Both the position numbers and the translations under genes were made by a program. Below the pieces are notes generated by a model that made no database searches, was not told where the DNA came from, and worked only from the letters and a program-made list of their open reading frames with translations. A stretch of DNA of 63,695 nucleotides, filler included, from Basidiobolus ranarum (lineage: Eukaryota): NCBI GenBank assembly GCA_040143965.1. It is 45 parts of 45 records of this genome, joined end to end, with 100 filler letters (N's around TTAATTAATTAA, not from the genome) between each part and the next. Parts side by side here need not be neighbours in the genome. Positions count along the whole stretch, not along the records: positions 51,076 to 52,389 come from JASJQH010012459.1; positions 52,490 to 53,803 come from JASJQH010012460.1; positions 53,904 to 55,217 come from JASJQH010012461.1; positions 55,318 to 56,631 come from JASJQH010012462.1; positions 56,732 to 58,044 come from JASJQH010012463.1; positions 58,145 to 59,457 come from JASJQH010012464.1; positions 59,558 to 60,870 come from JASJQH010012465.1; positions 60,971 to 62,283 come from JASJQH010012466.1; 37 more parts are not named here. One strand, 5' to 3'. Numbering within the stretch: the first letter of the stretch is position 1; each line of letters begins with the position of its first letter. This document shows positions 51,076-63,695 of this stretch, piece by piece.

Positions 51076-52389
51076 TAATGGGGGATAATACTAATAGTGT
51101 GATATGATTGGCTAGAAAATATGGGTAAGTCAAATAAGGATAATAAAATAGAAATTGTGCAATAGTAATGATATGAGCTCGGAGTGTAAATAAGTCAACC
51201 TGCCAGTGGGTAGCAATGCTACCCCACTACAATGGTTTTCCTACAATAACAATCCTCAAATTTCTGTTAGGGCAAAGTTGTATTTCTTTAGCTAAAAATC
51301 CCAAGTTTCATGCTAGAAGTAAGCACATTGACATTCAACATCACTTTGTTAGGAAAGCTATTGAGAATAAGCATGTCCAACTACAGTACTGTTCAACTGA
51401 GGACATGATTGCTGACATCGTTACCAAACCATTATCCAGGCCAAAATTTGAAAAATCAAGAATTAAGTTAGGATTAAGATATATGAATACTTAGTTGAGT
51501 GGGAGTGTTGAAGTTTATTGTCATTATCATATTTGTTATCTCTATCTTTATGCACCTAACTATTGTTAAAGTGTATGGGAGCCTGTTGGAAGTGCTTTGG
51601 AGAATCAGAGAATTGGTGGTATTCACTTATTGATTTATTGAGTAGAACGTTGACATTTATAGTTTTGCCAAGATGTAAATAACTAGTGTGTAGAATATGT
51701 TAAGGAAGAACCCAGGAACATTCATGCAAATTTTGGGGCTTCTAGCACAAGTTTGAAAAATCTATATATCTGAGAACTTCTAAGTTGGTAAAAATTATCT
51801 AAGTAAATTCCAATTGAGAATAATTGGTAATATCTTAGTGAGTTATAAGATAACTAAGTACTAAACTATATATGACTATATAGGTGTTTAGGCAAAGCTA
51901 ATTTTTACACTCTCCCTTAACTAAACAGTCATAGAGACTAATCCTAATAGAGGTCTAAATTTCTCAAATTTCTGTCCATCTATTGGTTTGGTTAGTATAT
52001 CAGCAATCATATCTTCTGTAGAACAATAAGTCAAGTCAATAAACTTATTCTCTATAGTCTCTCTAATAAACTGATGCTTAATATCTCTATGTTTGCTTCT
52101 ATTATGAAATATGGGATTTTTAGCTAATTTGATACAACTTTGATATCTTGAAATATTGTAGTTGGTGAATTTTGAGAATAACCCAAATCTGTCAAGAGTT
52201 TTCTTAACCATATTGCTTCTTTTGTTGCTTCACAGCCAGCCGTGTATTCAGCTTCTGTTGTTGAAAGTGCTACAGTAGGTTGTTTCTTTGAATTGCAAGA
52301 AATAGCTCCATTAGAGCAAAGATACAAGTATCCTGTTGTAGATCTCCTGTATTCAATATTTCTTCCCCAATTTACATCTGAATATCCCA
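51076..52389. mobile_element. Nest: LTR5 in end A (51232-51272), in copia-1 RNase H/PPT/LTR1 (51273-51563), with copia-2 3' LTR (51564-51909) and RNase H (minus)
   Basis: KHIDIQHHFVR/ADIVTKPL; PPTs; ALSTTEAEY. Confidence 0.88.
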
Positions 52390-52489
52390 NNNNNNNNNNN
52401 NNNNNNNNNNNNNNNNNNNNNNNNNNNNNNNNNTTAATTAATTAANNNNNNNNNNNNNNNNNNNNNNNNNNNNNNNNNNNNNNNNNNNN

Positions 52490-53722
52490 CATCCATTCTC
52501 ATATGGGATTTTAGTCAATCCCACACCATACATATGAACGTCACCGTGACAATCTAGCAGAGCAGAATATGTGTTGGACTGTTAAGCCTACACAACAACC
52601 CAAAATTGCTTGAGCACATGAAAGTAGAAATCTCAAAGGAAAACTGGCAAACTAAAAGCCTTGAATGTCAGAGCTGCTGTCACTTGCGCTGTTGGTGGGT
52701 GGTCTAACATCTTGGAAACTGTGCAGAATCTTGCCCAAAATCACCAGGATTTCAGCAATTGTGGAAAACCATAAACCAGGTGTTACTCTGACGGTTCTTG
52801 ACTTATTTCATGTGGCTTTCTTTGGTTTTTGCAAGCAAATGGCAATTGGGCTAGTATAAGCCCATTCATGAAAAATTTCAAAAATGGACACATTGATAGA
52901 CTTGGAAAAGAAAAAAAAGAAGCTAACAAAGTACTCAAGTAGCAGGAAGTTAGTTAACCCAAGTGAAATGCAAAGGACCCATGAATTTAGGCTCTACTGG
53001 CCCATTTACCAAATTCTTCACACTATTATAAAGAACTGCATTTCCAGAGTCAGATATAATGGCAAAAAGGCTTAATTTTGCCATGGAACCATGTACACCA
53101 GTTGGAAGAGTGCTAAGTTCCAAAGTTTATCCAACACATGGCACCTTTCAACAAGCCAAAACACCAGCAAATAAAACTCATGGCTCTCCAACCTCAACTG
53201 GTACTTTTCAAAGTATTGAAATCGCCCCAGACTTAAAGGCAAGCAAAAAGCCACACAAACACTGCAAAGCACCCTCAGTAGTGTCACACTACAAGGATGT
53301 ACAAAAAAGTCAAAGTGTTTGAGGAGTATTTTCAAAAGTATGAAGGGAAAAACACATTGCAAATATGCAGAGAGTGGCTTTGGAAGAAGAACATTCAACT
53401 TGACATTTAGTCTGGTGTTCACTGTGCAGATATCTGGGAAGAATTTAATACAGAGTGGTACAATATTGCCGGGTATCTGCCAGATAGCTGGAAAAATGTT
53501 GATTCAGCAATGTTAATACAAGGGTGGGCTTTGATGGAGATTTTGATACAAACTTGTGTTGGGTATGAGCTAAACCTTGGGTATGAAGAACACTATAAAA
53601 TATTCTGCTGAATATATCAAAGAAACTTGGGATTTCAAAGGTGATAAATTAGCATTCAAGTGGTAAATGTGTAAAATTTGTGTTACATTTTTTGCACATG
53701 TGTTGATCCATAGTGTTCTTAG
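52490..53722 (+). pseudogene. CCCTA ORF2 long fragment, interrupted by LTR1 at 53723
   Basis: Collinear with 4268-5164 and 44002-45000. Confidence 0.82.
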
Positions 53723-53903
53723 TATTGGGAAAATATGGGCTGTTTGGAGGAACTTTAGAAAAGTGGAGTTGTGAATAGCTTTATGAGATAATTGTTTATT
53801 GTCNNNNNNNNNNNNNNNNNNNNNNNNNNNNNNNNNNNNNNNNNNNNTTAATTAATTAANNNNNNNNNNNNNNNNNNNNNNNNNNNNNNNNNNNNNNNNN
53901 NNN

Positions 53904-54496
53904 TCTTCTTCTTCAACTTCTGATATACTACCATCAGTACTGGAATAACCAAGGTCAACATCTAGCAGCAAGTCCTAAAAGTTGTCCGGACTTACTGGTT
54001 TAACCAAAGTTGCATTTTGACCTATATCATTCTGGTCATATAACTGTGGTAACTCCACGGTATCCTGACTTGTAGCAGTGTCACCAAAACTTTGAGGCAA
54101 ACTACAGTAAGTGGACTCAATAGGCAAAACTAAAGTTGATTTAGTGCACTTATTACTGTTGTTATACACCAGGCTTTGTGCAGCTCAATGCTTTGTACAG
54201 TGACCGTGCTTGTGATTATTTTTTTATGAAGCCTCTCACTTTCATAGCACAAGAATTTGCAACTATGATATCAGGGCTACTTTAAACATTTGTGTTGCGG
54301 CATGACAAGGATATTGTGGAAAAAAGAACACCTCCCACATAAGGGTGGTATTTTAGGTATAGCTAATCAATATCATCAGCTGATTCTCAGATGGTATCAC
54401 AGATGAGTCATCAGGGGATTTTCAAGATATTTCTGGTAATGAATGGCAATTTTGGTTTAGTATAAGCTGTTTCTAAGCAGTTTCATTACACCAAGT
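53904..54496 (-). pseudogene. Transposase N-terminus and spacer
   Basis: Paralogue of ~32910-33510; ATG at 54303. Confidence 0.82.
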
Positions 54497-55020
54497 TTAT
54501 TTTTTTTCTCCATTCTTGAGGTACAGAGATACTGATAGAAACTGGGTGTATGTTAGCATCAAGGGAGTCCTCAAATTTGTTGTCAGAGTGTATTTCACCA
54601 GGTCTTGGTCCCATTCTTGATAGTCAATCTGCAACAACATTGGTTTTTCCTGGTATGTGTACCACTTCAAAGTCAGCATCTTGAGACAAGCCATCCACCG
54701 ATTGTTAGCATTATCTGGTAGGTCTGGTTTGTTGATCATTGGAATAAGTGGTTTTACATCTGTTTCAAGTATGAGGTGAGTCATGTAGATTTGGGCCTTT
54801 AGTATCTCAATCATCTATACTGCTCCAAGTAGTTCTCTCTTGATCCTGGAATATCTCTGCTCCCTAGGGTTGAATAAGCAGATTTCATATCTGCTGGCAT
54901 GTCAGATGCCTGCTTCATCATTCTGGCCTAAAAGAGCACCTGCCCCAATAGGACTTGAGTCAACTGTGAGTATTGGGTGTCTTCTGGCATCTGCATAGTC
55001 TAGTGGCTTGAGAATTCAAT
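54497..55020 (-). pseudogene. Ty3/gypsy RNase H (second lineage)
   Basis: ILTVDSSPIGAGALLGQ, EQRYSRIKRELLG, ETDVKPL, NRW. Confidence 0.8.
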
Positions 55021-55217
55021 CCCTAACAGAAATTTGAGGATTGTCATCATAGGAAAACCATCACAATTTTAATCCATTTGGGGTTGACCGTTTACTTACC
55101 ATCATTAAAACGTCAAGTTAGATTTGATTTTAATCAATTTTTTCAGTTTCAGGAGTGAAATTTCAAGATCTCGCAAAATAGTTGCAAATGATTGGCTAAA
55201 ATCTCAGAGAACTATGG
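55021..55217 (+). mobile_element. CCCTA end A
   Basis: CCCTAACAGAAATTTGAGG. Confidence 0.92.
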
Positions 55218-55317
55218 NNNNNNNNNNNNNNNNNNNNNNNNNNNNNNNNNNNNNNNNNNNNTTAATTAATTAANNNNNNNNNNNNNNNNNNNNNNNNNNN
55301 NNNNNNNNNNNNNNNNN

Positions 55318-56631
55318 TGGTGAGAGGTTTTTCATAGGCACACATAGGTCAGAATGAATCAAGGCAAAATTCTGAGTGGATTTGATCCCTACAGAGTTTC
55401 AAAACAGCTATCTGTGGATGTTCTCCATGTATGCAACTTTCACATAGATCCAACTTAGTGATATTTATAATTTCCAAGCCTGAATCAAGCTGCTTTTGGA
55501 TCATTTGGGTCAGTTTTTTTCCCCAATGTGGCCTAATCTTTTAAGCCACATTTGACAACTTATTTCACTGGTTTTGGCCAAGTTTGCATGCTCAGAATGC
55601 AATCAGTTGATTTCTAGCTCATATAAGTTCTGGGTTCTGATCTCAGTAGCTGATTTGATGTTATTCTAATCTGTGATAGTGCATCTAGTCTTGCTGAACA
55701 TGAAATTTAGTCCTTGAGTTGTTGCTTGACATACTGAGAGTAGATTCTTGGCTATATTTGGTATATAGAGTAAATGATCCAATTTTGCAGATGATGTAGT
55801 TGAATTTTGGTCTAAATTGAGCACAACTGTGCCCTCACCAACTGCATCTAGTGCATAGTCAACACTTAAGTAGACATTACTTGTTGGGATTGGTTTTAAG
55901 CTGGAAAACCAATCTCTCTGGTTTGACATATGCTGGCAAGATCCTGAATTAATGTAACATGCTTCTGAGTCTTCTTTAGTGGGTACTGATAGGGCAGACA
56001 CAAATAGATGTTCTCTTTCAGTGCTTACTTGATTTGTTTGTTCAAATTTTAGCTTTATAGCAAAAGTCATTTTTCTACAATCTCTGATAATATGGCCTGG
56101 CTTCTTGCAATAATTGCACATGATTGAATTCCTACTAGAGGCACCATTGTTGATGCCTGTTAGGCCATTTACAGCTCCAAAAAATGCCTGTTCTGCATTC
56201 TTTTGCTGAGAATTTGATCTCCTTCATTGCTCTTTCAAAAGCCTAGCACCAACATATTTCATTGTTAATAGCTTTGATCTTGCTTCTGGGGCAAGTATGA
56301 GGTTACAAAGCTCATCTGATAGGTTCCTAAGTAGTGTCATGACTAAGTCATCTACATTTAGAGGTGTTCCATTGGATGAAAGCTGCTCTGCCATATTTTT
56401 ATCTTGTTTACATGATCAAACATAGAACCATCAGAGTTCATCTGAATTGAGAATGTTTTTTGCCTGAGATATAGCCTATTAGCCAGACTTTTGGTCTCAC
56501 ATAATCCCTCAAGTGTTTCCCCAGCATTTTTGATGTTTTTGGCTGATTTTATGTTCCTTAATTGTGAGTGTATGAGATGTAGACAAAGTGTAGAGAGTGC
56601 TTTCCTCTGCTTCTTGTGGAAGGCAAGGATA
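55318..56631 (-). pseudogene. Ty1/copia gag-protease-GAG-pre-integrase remnant
   Basis: CNYCKKPGHIIRDC, YINSGSCQHM, LYIPNIAKNLLSV, LIHSDLC. Confidence 0.9.
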
Positions 56632-56731
56632 NNNNNNNNNNNNNNNNNNNNNNNNNNNNNNNNNNNNNNNNNNNNTTAATTAATTAANNNNNNNNNNNNN
56701 NNNNNNNNNNNNNNNNNNNNNNNNNNNNNNN

Positions 56732-57360
56732 CAATTCCAAGGAACTTTGCCAGGAGTTTCATGAAGCCTACCCAGAAAAACCTGGCGCTATGATGTCTGG
56801 AAATCATCACTAAAGGAGGTGATATTGTCAAGATTCTGATCTTGGCATACTCATCCACTGCAAATAGAACTCTTCTAACATTAGGATATGACATCATATC
56901 TGCTGTGCCATCCCTTCTTGGCAATCTTGTGTTAGATCATTCAGGTTAACTTATATGGAAGTCATGTTCTTTGGAACATTCCATGAAACCTAACCAAGCA
57001 TGTCATCCCACACATGGTGTATTTCTGCCAAGACCTTCCATGGAAGGTCACCTGCTCATCCTTACATCATCCCTCTTTGTATTGGTCCTTGTAGTCCCCA
57101 ACGCCCGAACTCTTGAACTTGCCACAGTATATTCCCTACTCAGTATATTATTTTTCACCCTGCAATATCTATATAAGCCCCAGGTATTCCGTGATCAGAC
57201 CTCAGTCTGATCAATGCCAGTTATCAATAAAGATTCTTGCCAAAGTATCTTCCCTGTCTAGTCTTGTCTTGTCTTGCCTTGTGGTCTACACCCAAGTACC
57301 CTCCTGCTTTCTAGCCTCTTGTTGCTGTTTCCAGCCCTTGTCTGGTTCCTTATTGTAACA
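56732..57360 (+). mobile_element. Chromovirus 3' end: chromodomain tail, PPT and LTR4 (56826-57360, TG...CA)
   Basis: NSKELCQEFHEAYPEKP; AAAGGAGGTGATAT then TGTCA...TAACA. Confidence 0.85.
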
Positions 57361-57802
57361 AAAAGAGGCCCAGAAGAGGGATAATAACAGAGAGGCAAAA
57401 GCTTTATAATGGCATTTTTTCCCATTTTAGAGCAAGAGTAGAACATAGCTTTGGTTTCCTAAAGAGATATATCATTGTTGCAGGAAAGAATAGAGGAAAA
57501 TCATTTTGTGGGCCTCAATCAAGGTTAGGCAAAGTAGTCAAAATCTTGATTAATTCTAAGTACATTCATACTCAAAACTATCCATTGAGAGCTCTAGACT
57601 TAAGACACTATGAATAAAGCTTGCATCATCTTTTGAATGAGCAATAATGTCTAAAAGCACTTTTCCTAAATACACCACATAAGTAAAACCACTGTTTCTG
57701 AAATGGTAAATAACATTGTGCCAGATAGTGCCCAATCATGCCAATTTGTGCTGGCACACTTTTCAGCTGGCCTGATCTGGCTCAATAAAATATAACAAGT
57801 CT

Positions 57803-58044
57803 ATTATCTAAGCACCTATATAGTCATATATTGCCTAGTACATAGTTATCTCATATTTCACTAAGTTATTACCCATTATTCTCAACCAGAATTTACTCAA
57901 AATATCTTTACCAACTTAGAAGTTCTCAGATAAATAGATTTTCAAACTTGTGCTAGAAGCCCCAAACTTTGCACACATGCTCCTGGGCCCTTTCTAAACA
58001 CATTCTACTTGCCAGCTTGCTTACATCATAACAAAACTATAAAT
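57803..58044 (+). repeat. Copia LTR2, partial
   Basis: Matches ~21930-22170. Confidence 0.8.
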
Positions 58045-58144
58045 NNNNNNNNNNNNNNNNNNNNNNNNNNNNNNNNNNNNNNNNNNNNTTAATTAATTAA
58101 NNNNNNNNNNNNNNNNNNNNNNNNNNNNNNNNNNNNNNNNNNNN

Positions 58145-58806
58145 GCTCAAACTACCAGTCATATATCAATAAGGAAATTTCTGGTTTTCATTTCAACCCA
58201 AGAACATCTGATTCAAGTTTTTTTTGGACAAGTTAAGATTTTTCTGCATTGGGGTAGATACTGGATTATATTCTTCCATTTTAAACATTTTTAGTATATA
58301 TAGGATAAACTTAGATTGGTTTAAAGTTATTGTTTTGGTGGTTCTATCTATCTTTACTTGGATTCCAAGATAGGATGTCAGTTCACTAAGATCAATCATT
58401 TTGAATTTGGCTGATAAGCTGGATTTGGCTTTCTTCAAAGTCTTCAAGTCATTATTTGCTATCATAAGGTCATCTACATATAAAGCTAATAAAACTGGGT
58501 TTGTCTTAACTGTCCTGAAGTGAATGCTTTAGTCAGCATTACCCTTTTGGAATTTGAGTGTTTTCAAAAAGGCATCTATCTTGATATTTCAAGCTCTTGG
58601 AGATTGTTTTAAGCCATAGAGTGGTTTCCTGATTCTGCAAGCTTTTTTAGGGTTATCTGGGTCCACAAACCCATATGGCTGGTCCATATAGATCTACTCA
58701 GCAAGCTTACCATTCAAAAAAGCAGTTTTAACACCCATTTGTTGTATAATAAACCAATATTTAGCTGAAATTGCCAAAATCAATATTATTGAATTAAACT
58801 TTGCCA
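58145..58806 (-). pseudogene. Ty1/copia RT
   Basis: KTAFLNG, IYMDQP, KPLYGLKQSPRA, LYVDDL, SYLGIQV. Confidence 0.92.
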
Positions 58807-58910
58807 GAGATCCCAAACTTTGCACACATATTCCTGGGTGTTGGATAATAAATCTTTATTCAACATTATATTTAACTTTAGTCATGATACATTTATCAGA
58901 AACAGAAAGC

Positions 58911-59457
58911 TATTGGGAAAATATGAGCTGTTTGGAGGAACTTTAGAAAAGTGGAGTTGTGAATAGCTTTGTGGGATAATTATTTATTTTCCAGAAACAA
59001 AGCATTTATACTTTTTGATGAAAATACAGAAAACTAACAATGGGCTGTGTTCAGAACATCTGTGGGAGTATAATGAGCTATTTTTGGGTCAATTTAGATG
59101 AGTTTGAAATTTCCAATATGGAATTGCTAATTCCCACATTATTCACATATATATATAATATATGTTCCAATTTTCAGCTAGGTGATATTTGACTAAGTAA
59201 TGTTAACTAACTTATATGTGATATATGAAATAGTTAGGTGTGTAAAGATAGAGATAACAAATATGATAAAGACAATAAACTTCAACACTCCCACTCAACT
59301 AAATATTGATACATCTTAATCCTAACTTAAATTGTAATTCTTCAAATCTTGGCTTGGGTAATGATTTGGTAGGGATGTCAGCAATCATGTCCTCAGTTGG
59401 ACAGTACTCCAGTTGGATGTGCTTATTCTCAATAGCTTCCCTAACAAAGTGATGTTG
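58911..59457 (-). mobile_element. Copia family 1 RNase H, PPT and 3' LTR (58911-59287)
   Basis: HHFVREAIENK, MIADIPTKSL; LTR TG...TA. Confidence 0.9.
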
Positions 59458-59557
59458 NNNNNNNNNNNNNNNNNNNNNNNNNNNNNNNNNNNNNNNNNNN
59501 NTTAATTAATTAANNNNNNNNNNNNNNNNNNNNNNNNNNNNNNNNNNNNNNNNNNNN

Positions 59558-59666
59558 TGACACCAGATTGCCAAGAAGGGATGGCACAGTAGATATGATG
59601 TCATAATCTAATAATAGAAGAGTTCCATATGCAGTGGATCAGTATGCCGAGATCAGAATCATGACA
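59558..59666 (-). repeat. Gypsy LTR4, 5' part
   Basis: Reverse complement of 16846-16955. Confidence 0.8.
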
Positions 59667-59719
59667 CTATATGCATTGCCCCTGATTTTATAGGGGCTAT
59701 ATTGGTGGTAGACTGTCAA

Positions 59720-60310
59720 CACACACTACAAACATGAGCCTCTTTCTAAAAACTTGTTTACTTCCATAGTGCATATAACAGTTACCATGTCATTATATTG
59801 TATCTCTGACTTTACAGGAGTCACAAAGACTGCTCATCGCTTGACGCACACTACAAACATAAGCCTCTTTTAAAAAACATGTTTACTTTTTATGTGCGTA
59901 TAACTTAGACCATGTCATGGTATTTTTTACTTTTGAATTTAATGGAGTTACAAAGACTTCTCATCCCTTGATGCACACTACAAACATGAGTCTCTTCTTA
60001 AAAACATACTAACTTTTGGCATGCATATAACACATACCCTGTAATGATATTTCACTTTTGACTTTATTGAGGTTACAAGATAATATATATCTGAATGTGT
60101 ACTACAAATATGAGCAAACTTTTTATAAAAACCTGTTTACTTTTAGCATTTTTATAACAGATGCTATATCTTTATATTCTATTTCTTATCATGTAGGAGT
60201 CAAGAAGATCATAAATTGTTAAGCATGCCCTACAAATGTAATCAACTTTTTAAAAACTTTATTTTTTTGTCATGTGTAATACAATGACTATGTTGTAATT
60301 TTGCTCTTCA
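59720..60310. repeat. Non-coding tandem repeat, ~125-bp unit, about 4.5 copies
   Basis: CTACAAA at 59726, 59851, 59978, 60102 and 60230. Confidence 0.85.
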
Positions 60311-60641
60311 TGTGATGTTCTCAAACCTGAAAATATTTGAAGTTACTGAATTTCCATATCCACTATAATAGGGTGATGCAAGTGACTACTAATGATTAAC
60401 ATAGTGATTACAGACAAGCCACTGCACATTACAATTACTCCATAGAAATACAATGGCTATACTTTATGATAACTGCTAACATGTCAGCATTTACAAAGTG
60501 TACTATTGAGGAAAGATGAGAGTAAAGATCATGGCTAGGTATGATAGTTGATATGACAAAGCATGCATCATTTCTGCCTTTGCTATATAACTATAGACAT
60601 ATCTTCTCAAAGATGATTTATTTAATGGTTCAAGCAATATC

Positions 60642-60870
60642 ATGCCACAAAAATATAAAGATCGCTTCCCACATCTACCTATTAGAAGAGGCAAAGGTAG
60701 TGTTGAAAGTGGGACAATAGCAAACCAACAGTCTCAAAACCCAGTGGTGCCTAATAGAAACCAAACTAACCATGCATTGGGCACTGTAGAACAACTGGCT
60801 GCAAACAGGCAACAAAATGCCCAAAATACTACTGTTCTACGTAGAAATAGAGCAGAGGCAACTAACACAA
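60642..60870 (+). CDS. Possible N-terminus of an unknown N/Q-rich protein
   Basis: ATG-initiated frame open to the contig end, downstream of the tandem array; no recognised motif. Confidence 0.3.
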
Positions 60871-60970
60871 NNNNNNNNNNNNNNNNNNNNNNNNNNNNNN
60901 NNNNNNNNNNNNNNTTAATTAATTAANNNNNNNNNNNNNNNNNNNNNNNNNNNNNNNNNNNNNNNNNNNN

Positions 60971-62283
60971 ATGGTTGAATCATGGAGTTTAGTCTTGTAT
61001 TTGGATAGTAGTAATGTGTATGCCTGATAGAGTAGACTCCATTGATTTGACAAAATCTACAGCAAGATAGTGCATTGTACCCACAAAAACCTCCAAGTTT
61101 ACTGATGGCAGAAGTGTCACCAATATATACAATGATATTAGCTTTAATAAATACTCACCCATATGAACCCCTTTAGGTAACCATTTAAATTCTGCAATCA
61201 AAGGCTCCAAGAAGCTATCTATAAGCACTGGTGAGTAAGGTCCAGATGTGATGGATAGTACCAAATTATTATGACTCTTATACTGCTCAGAAGGAGGAAG
61301 ATTTAAGTTAATTAATATTATTGGCCAGCAAGCCTTTCCAATGGTATATTTGTTTAACAAGAAACCATCTACAGCCAATGCAAACACATGATCATACATG
61401 TTCTCAAAGAAACCTTGACTTTTCTGATTCTGGTAGTGATATACATCATGTATATTGGCAATAGCATCAGCTTTATAGTGAGTACTTTGGTATTGGATCA
61501 ATGATTGATATTTGGGTGACTTCATCAAAACTTTAAGATGGGGAATCAATGGTTTGTAAGCCAAATATGAATGATTTTTTCCAGATTCAGTGATTGCCAA
61601 TTGTTTGCAAACCATACATGACTTCAGGTTTTTCAGATCGCTGGTGTAAGCCAAATAACCATTTGGACATAAAGGTAGTTTAATTACTGAAGGATTATAA
61701 GTCATATGATTGACAAGTGTTTTCCACTTGTACGAGGTCTGTGGTAAGCAACAGTTACCAATCAACTGTGGTAAAAGTGTAAGAAAACTAATAAACACCT
61801 AGTTACTAAGATTGGATTGAACTCACCACTCCTCAATAATAAAAGCTGCTTCCTTTCCTATAAGTGTTATCAGTGGATTAATGATTGCCAATAACAAACA
61901 GTCTCTAACAAAACCATTGCCTTCTTCTTCAACTCTGATATACTACCATCAGTACTGGAATAACCAAGGTCAACATCTAGCAGCCTGTCTTCACAGCTCT
62001 CTGGGCTCACTGGTTCAACCAAAGTTTCATTTCTATCCACATCATTCAGGTCATAAAATGTGGTGACTCTATGGCATCTTGACTGTCAGCAGTGTTACCA
62101 AAACTTTAAGCCACAGTACAGTCAGTGGACTCAATGGCAAAGCCAAATTCAATCTTTTGCACTGATTACTGTTGATATTCACCATGCTTTGTGCAGCTGA
62201 TGGCTTTGTACAGTGACCATGCTTGTGATTATTTTTTATGAAGCCTCCAGCTTTAATAACACAAGAATTTGTGACAATAATAG
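60971..62283 (-). pseudogene. CACTA-like transposase N-terminal and core region
   Basis: 269-aa ORF with LAVDGFLL, CWPIILINLNLPP, IDSFLEPLIAEF. Confidence 0.9.
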
Positions 62284-63695
62284 NNNNNNNNNNNNNNNNN
62301 NNNNNNNNNNNNNNNNNNNNNNNNNNNTTAATTAATTAANNNNNNNNNNNNNNNNNNNNNNNNNNNNNNNNNNNNNNNNNNNNAATTTTTGAAAGAAAAG
62401 CATTGTAGTTGAAAGTGGTTAACTGAGACTTAGAATATGGAGATTAGAACATTCAAGTTGTATCTTTTATACATTATCGAGACAAGTACTTTATCCCCTC
62501 TTTCAATGATGTTTCAAACATACCCGCCAATGCCCAAATTGAGTTCACAAGTGATCATTCATCTTTAATGGGTCCTTGGGATTAGTATTTTCCCTAGTTA
62601 GTTTATGCAAGCCATATTCCTTTACTAGCATCCTCCGGGACCTTGAAAGTCGGGCTATAGCTATGTTCAAGCCTGTGAGTATTTACTCCCAGCGGTCGGA
62701 ACAGCTATTATTGGGGTACCTCTTCGATATTTGTATCATGAGATCACGATTACCTTTCTTAATTAGAAATTGTTTGGAAATAGGCAGTATATCCGAATTA
62801 TAACTATGAATAGATGGATTATTATTCCTTCAGTGTCAGCTGAGCTGGTAACGTTCCTTAATTACAAATATTTAAAAAGAATGCTTTAAAATGAGATTCG
62901 ACTCTTAGACCTAAAATCTGACTGCTCCCTTTACCAGTGACTACTGATCAAAGTAATAAATTCAACTAATCGATTTGGCTTAAGATGGCTCAATTGCGCA
63001 GCAATCATTTATGCTTTCGATCAATGATCCGAGCTCGAACAAACCGATTCGCGTCAGATATTGATGAATCTCTATCAATTGGACGCTTATACATATTCGG
63101 ATATCATATTATGGTTGTTTAACTTATCGAGGGTTACTATATAATTGTGGTGATAAATTTGATGCTTGAAATGGGAGAAGACGGAAACACAATGGAGATG
63201 GCTATAAAAATATCATCGTTTCTAAGATTATGATGGACTAAGAAGAGCAAAGTGAAGAGAGTTAAAGGGGAGAAAACTAGGTACATATGGTAGGTGAACA
63301 ACACTACTTAACACGATGTTTCTATGGTTTATCCTATCGCTTGCTAGAGGTTTACTTGACATGAAGATGTCATAGATTCACCGACAATATTAGCCGAGTC
63401 ATCAGCTCTAGTCATTAACAGTAAATAAAAGAATATTTCTATTTACCACAGTTAGGCCTGCTTTCATTCTCACATTAGTGAAAACAATACAGTCATTAGC
63501 ATAGTTGCTTTACTGTTGCGCTGAAATTTAGAGTAACTCATAGAATACGCACAAATACAAATATATGAATAGAAATCCGAATTTTATCAAACATTCCTTT
63601 ATTCAGAATTGATTGCTGGTACATCAAATGGTGGCCCCATAAGTACCCCATTAGTTGATACTGAAGGGTTCAAAGACTAAATTCCTTGCGGCATG

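Noticed and set aside
1324-62383. Regularly spaced TTAATTAATTAA repeat (CRISPR-like or satellite-like periodicity)
   Set aside because: Assembly linker embedded in N runs; the spacing reflects size-sorted contigs
62384-63695. Gene in the last CpG-normal contig
   Set aside because: No recognisable motif or consistent spliced frame found; probably intergenic host DNA

Overview
The window is not continuous DNA. It is 45 unplaced contigs of about 1.31-1.32 kb, in decreasing size, joined by an artificial 100-bp linker (N44-TTAATTAATTAA-N44), so adjacency across linkers means nothing. The content is eukaryotic and fungal; an early-diverging, repeat-rich lineage is inferred. Most contigs are nested, decayed, CpG-depleted transposons. 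These include at least three Ty1/copia LTR families (one with non-canonical TG...TA LTRs, one with a half-tRNAiMet primer site), a chromovirus-type Ty3/gypsy family and a second Ty3 lineage. The most abundant is a CACTA/EnSpm-superfamily DNA transposon. Pieced together from about 25 fragments, it has CCCTAACA(G/A)AAAT termini and a head-to-head layout: TIR-A <ORF2< ~210-bp spacer >transposase> TIR-B, where ORF2 is a protein I do not recognise. CpG-normal host islands carry a class IV chitin synthase fragment, a spliced alpha-carbonic anhydrase 3' part missed by the ORF track, and head-to-tail pieces of an animal-like mitochondrial glutamate dehydrogenase. Also present are a tRNA-like element, a ~114-bp coding tandem repeat and a ~125-bp non-coding tandem repeat. 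All alignments were made by eye and no database searches were run.
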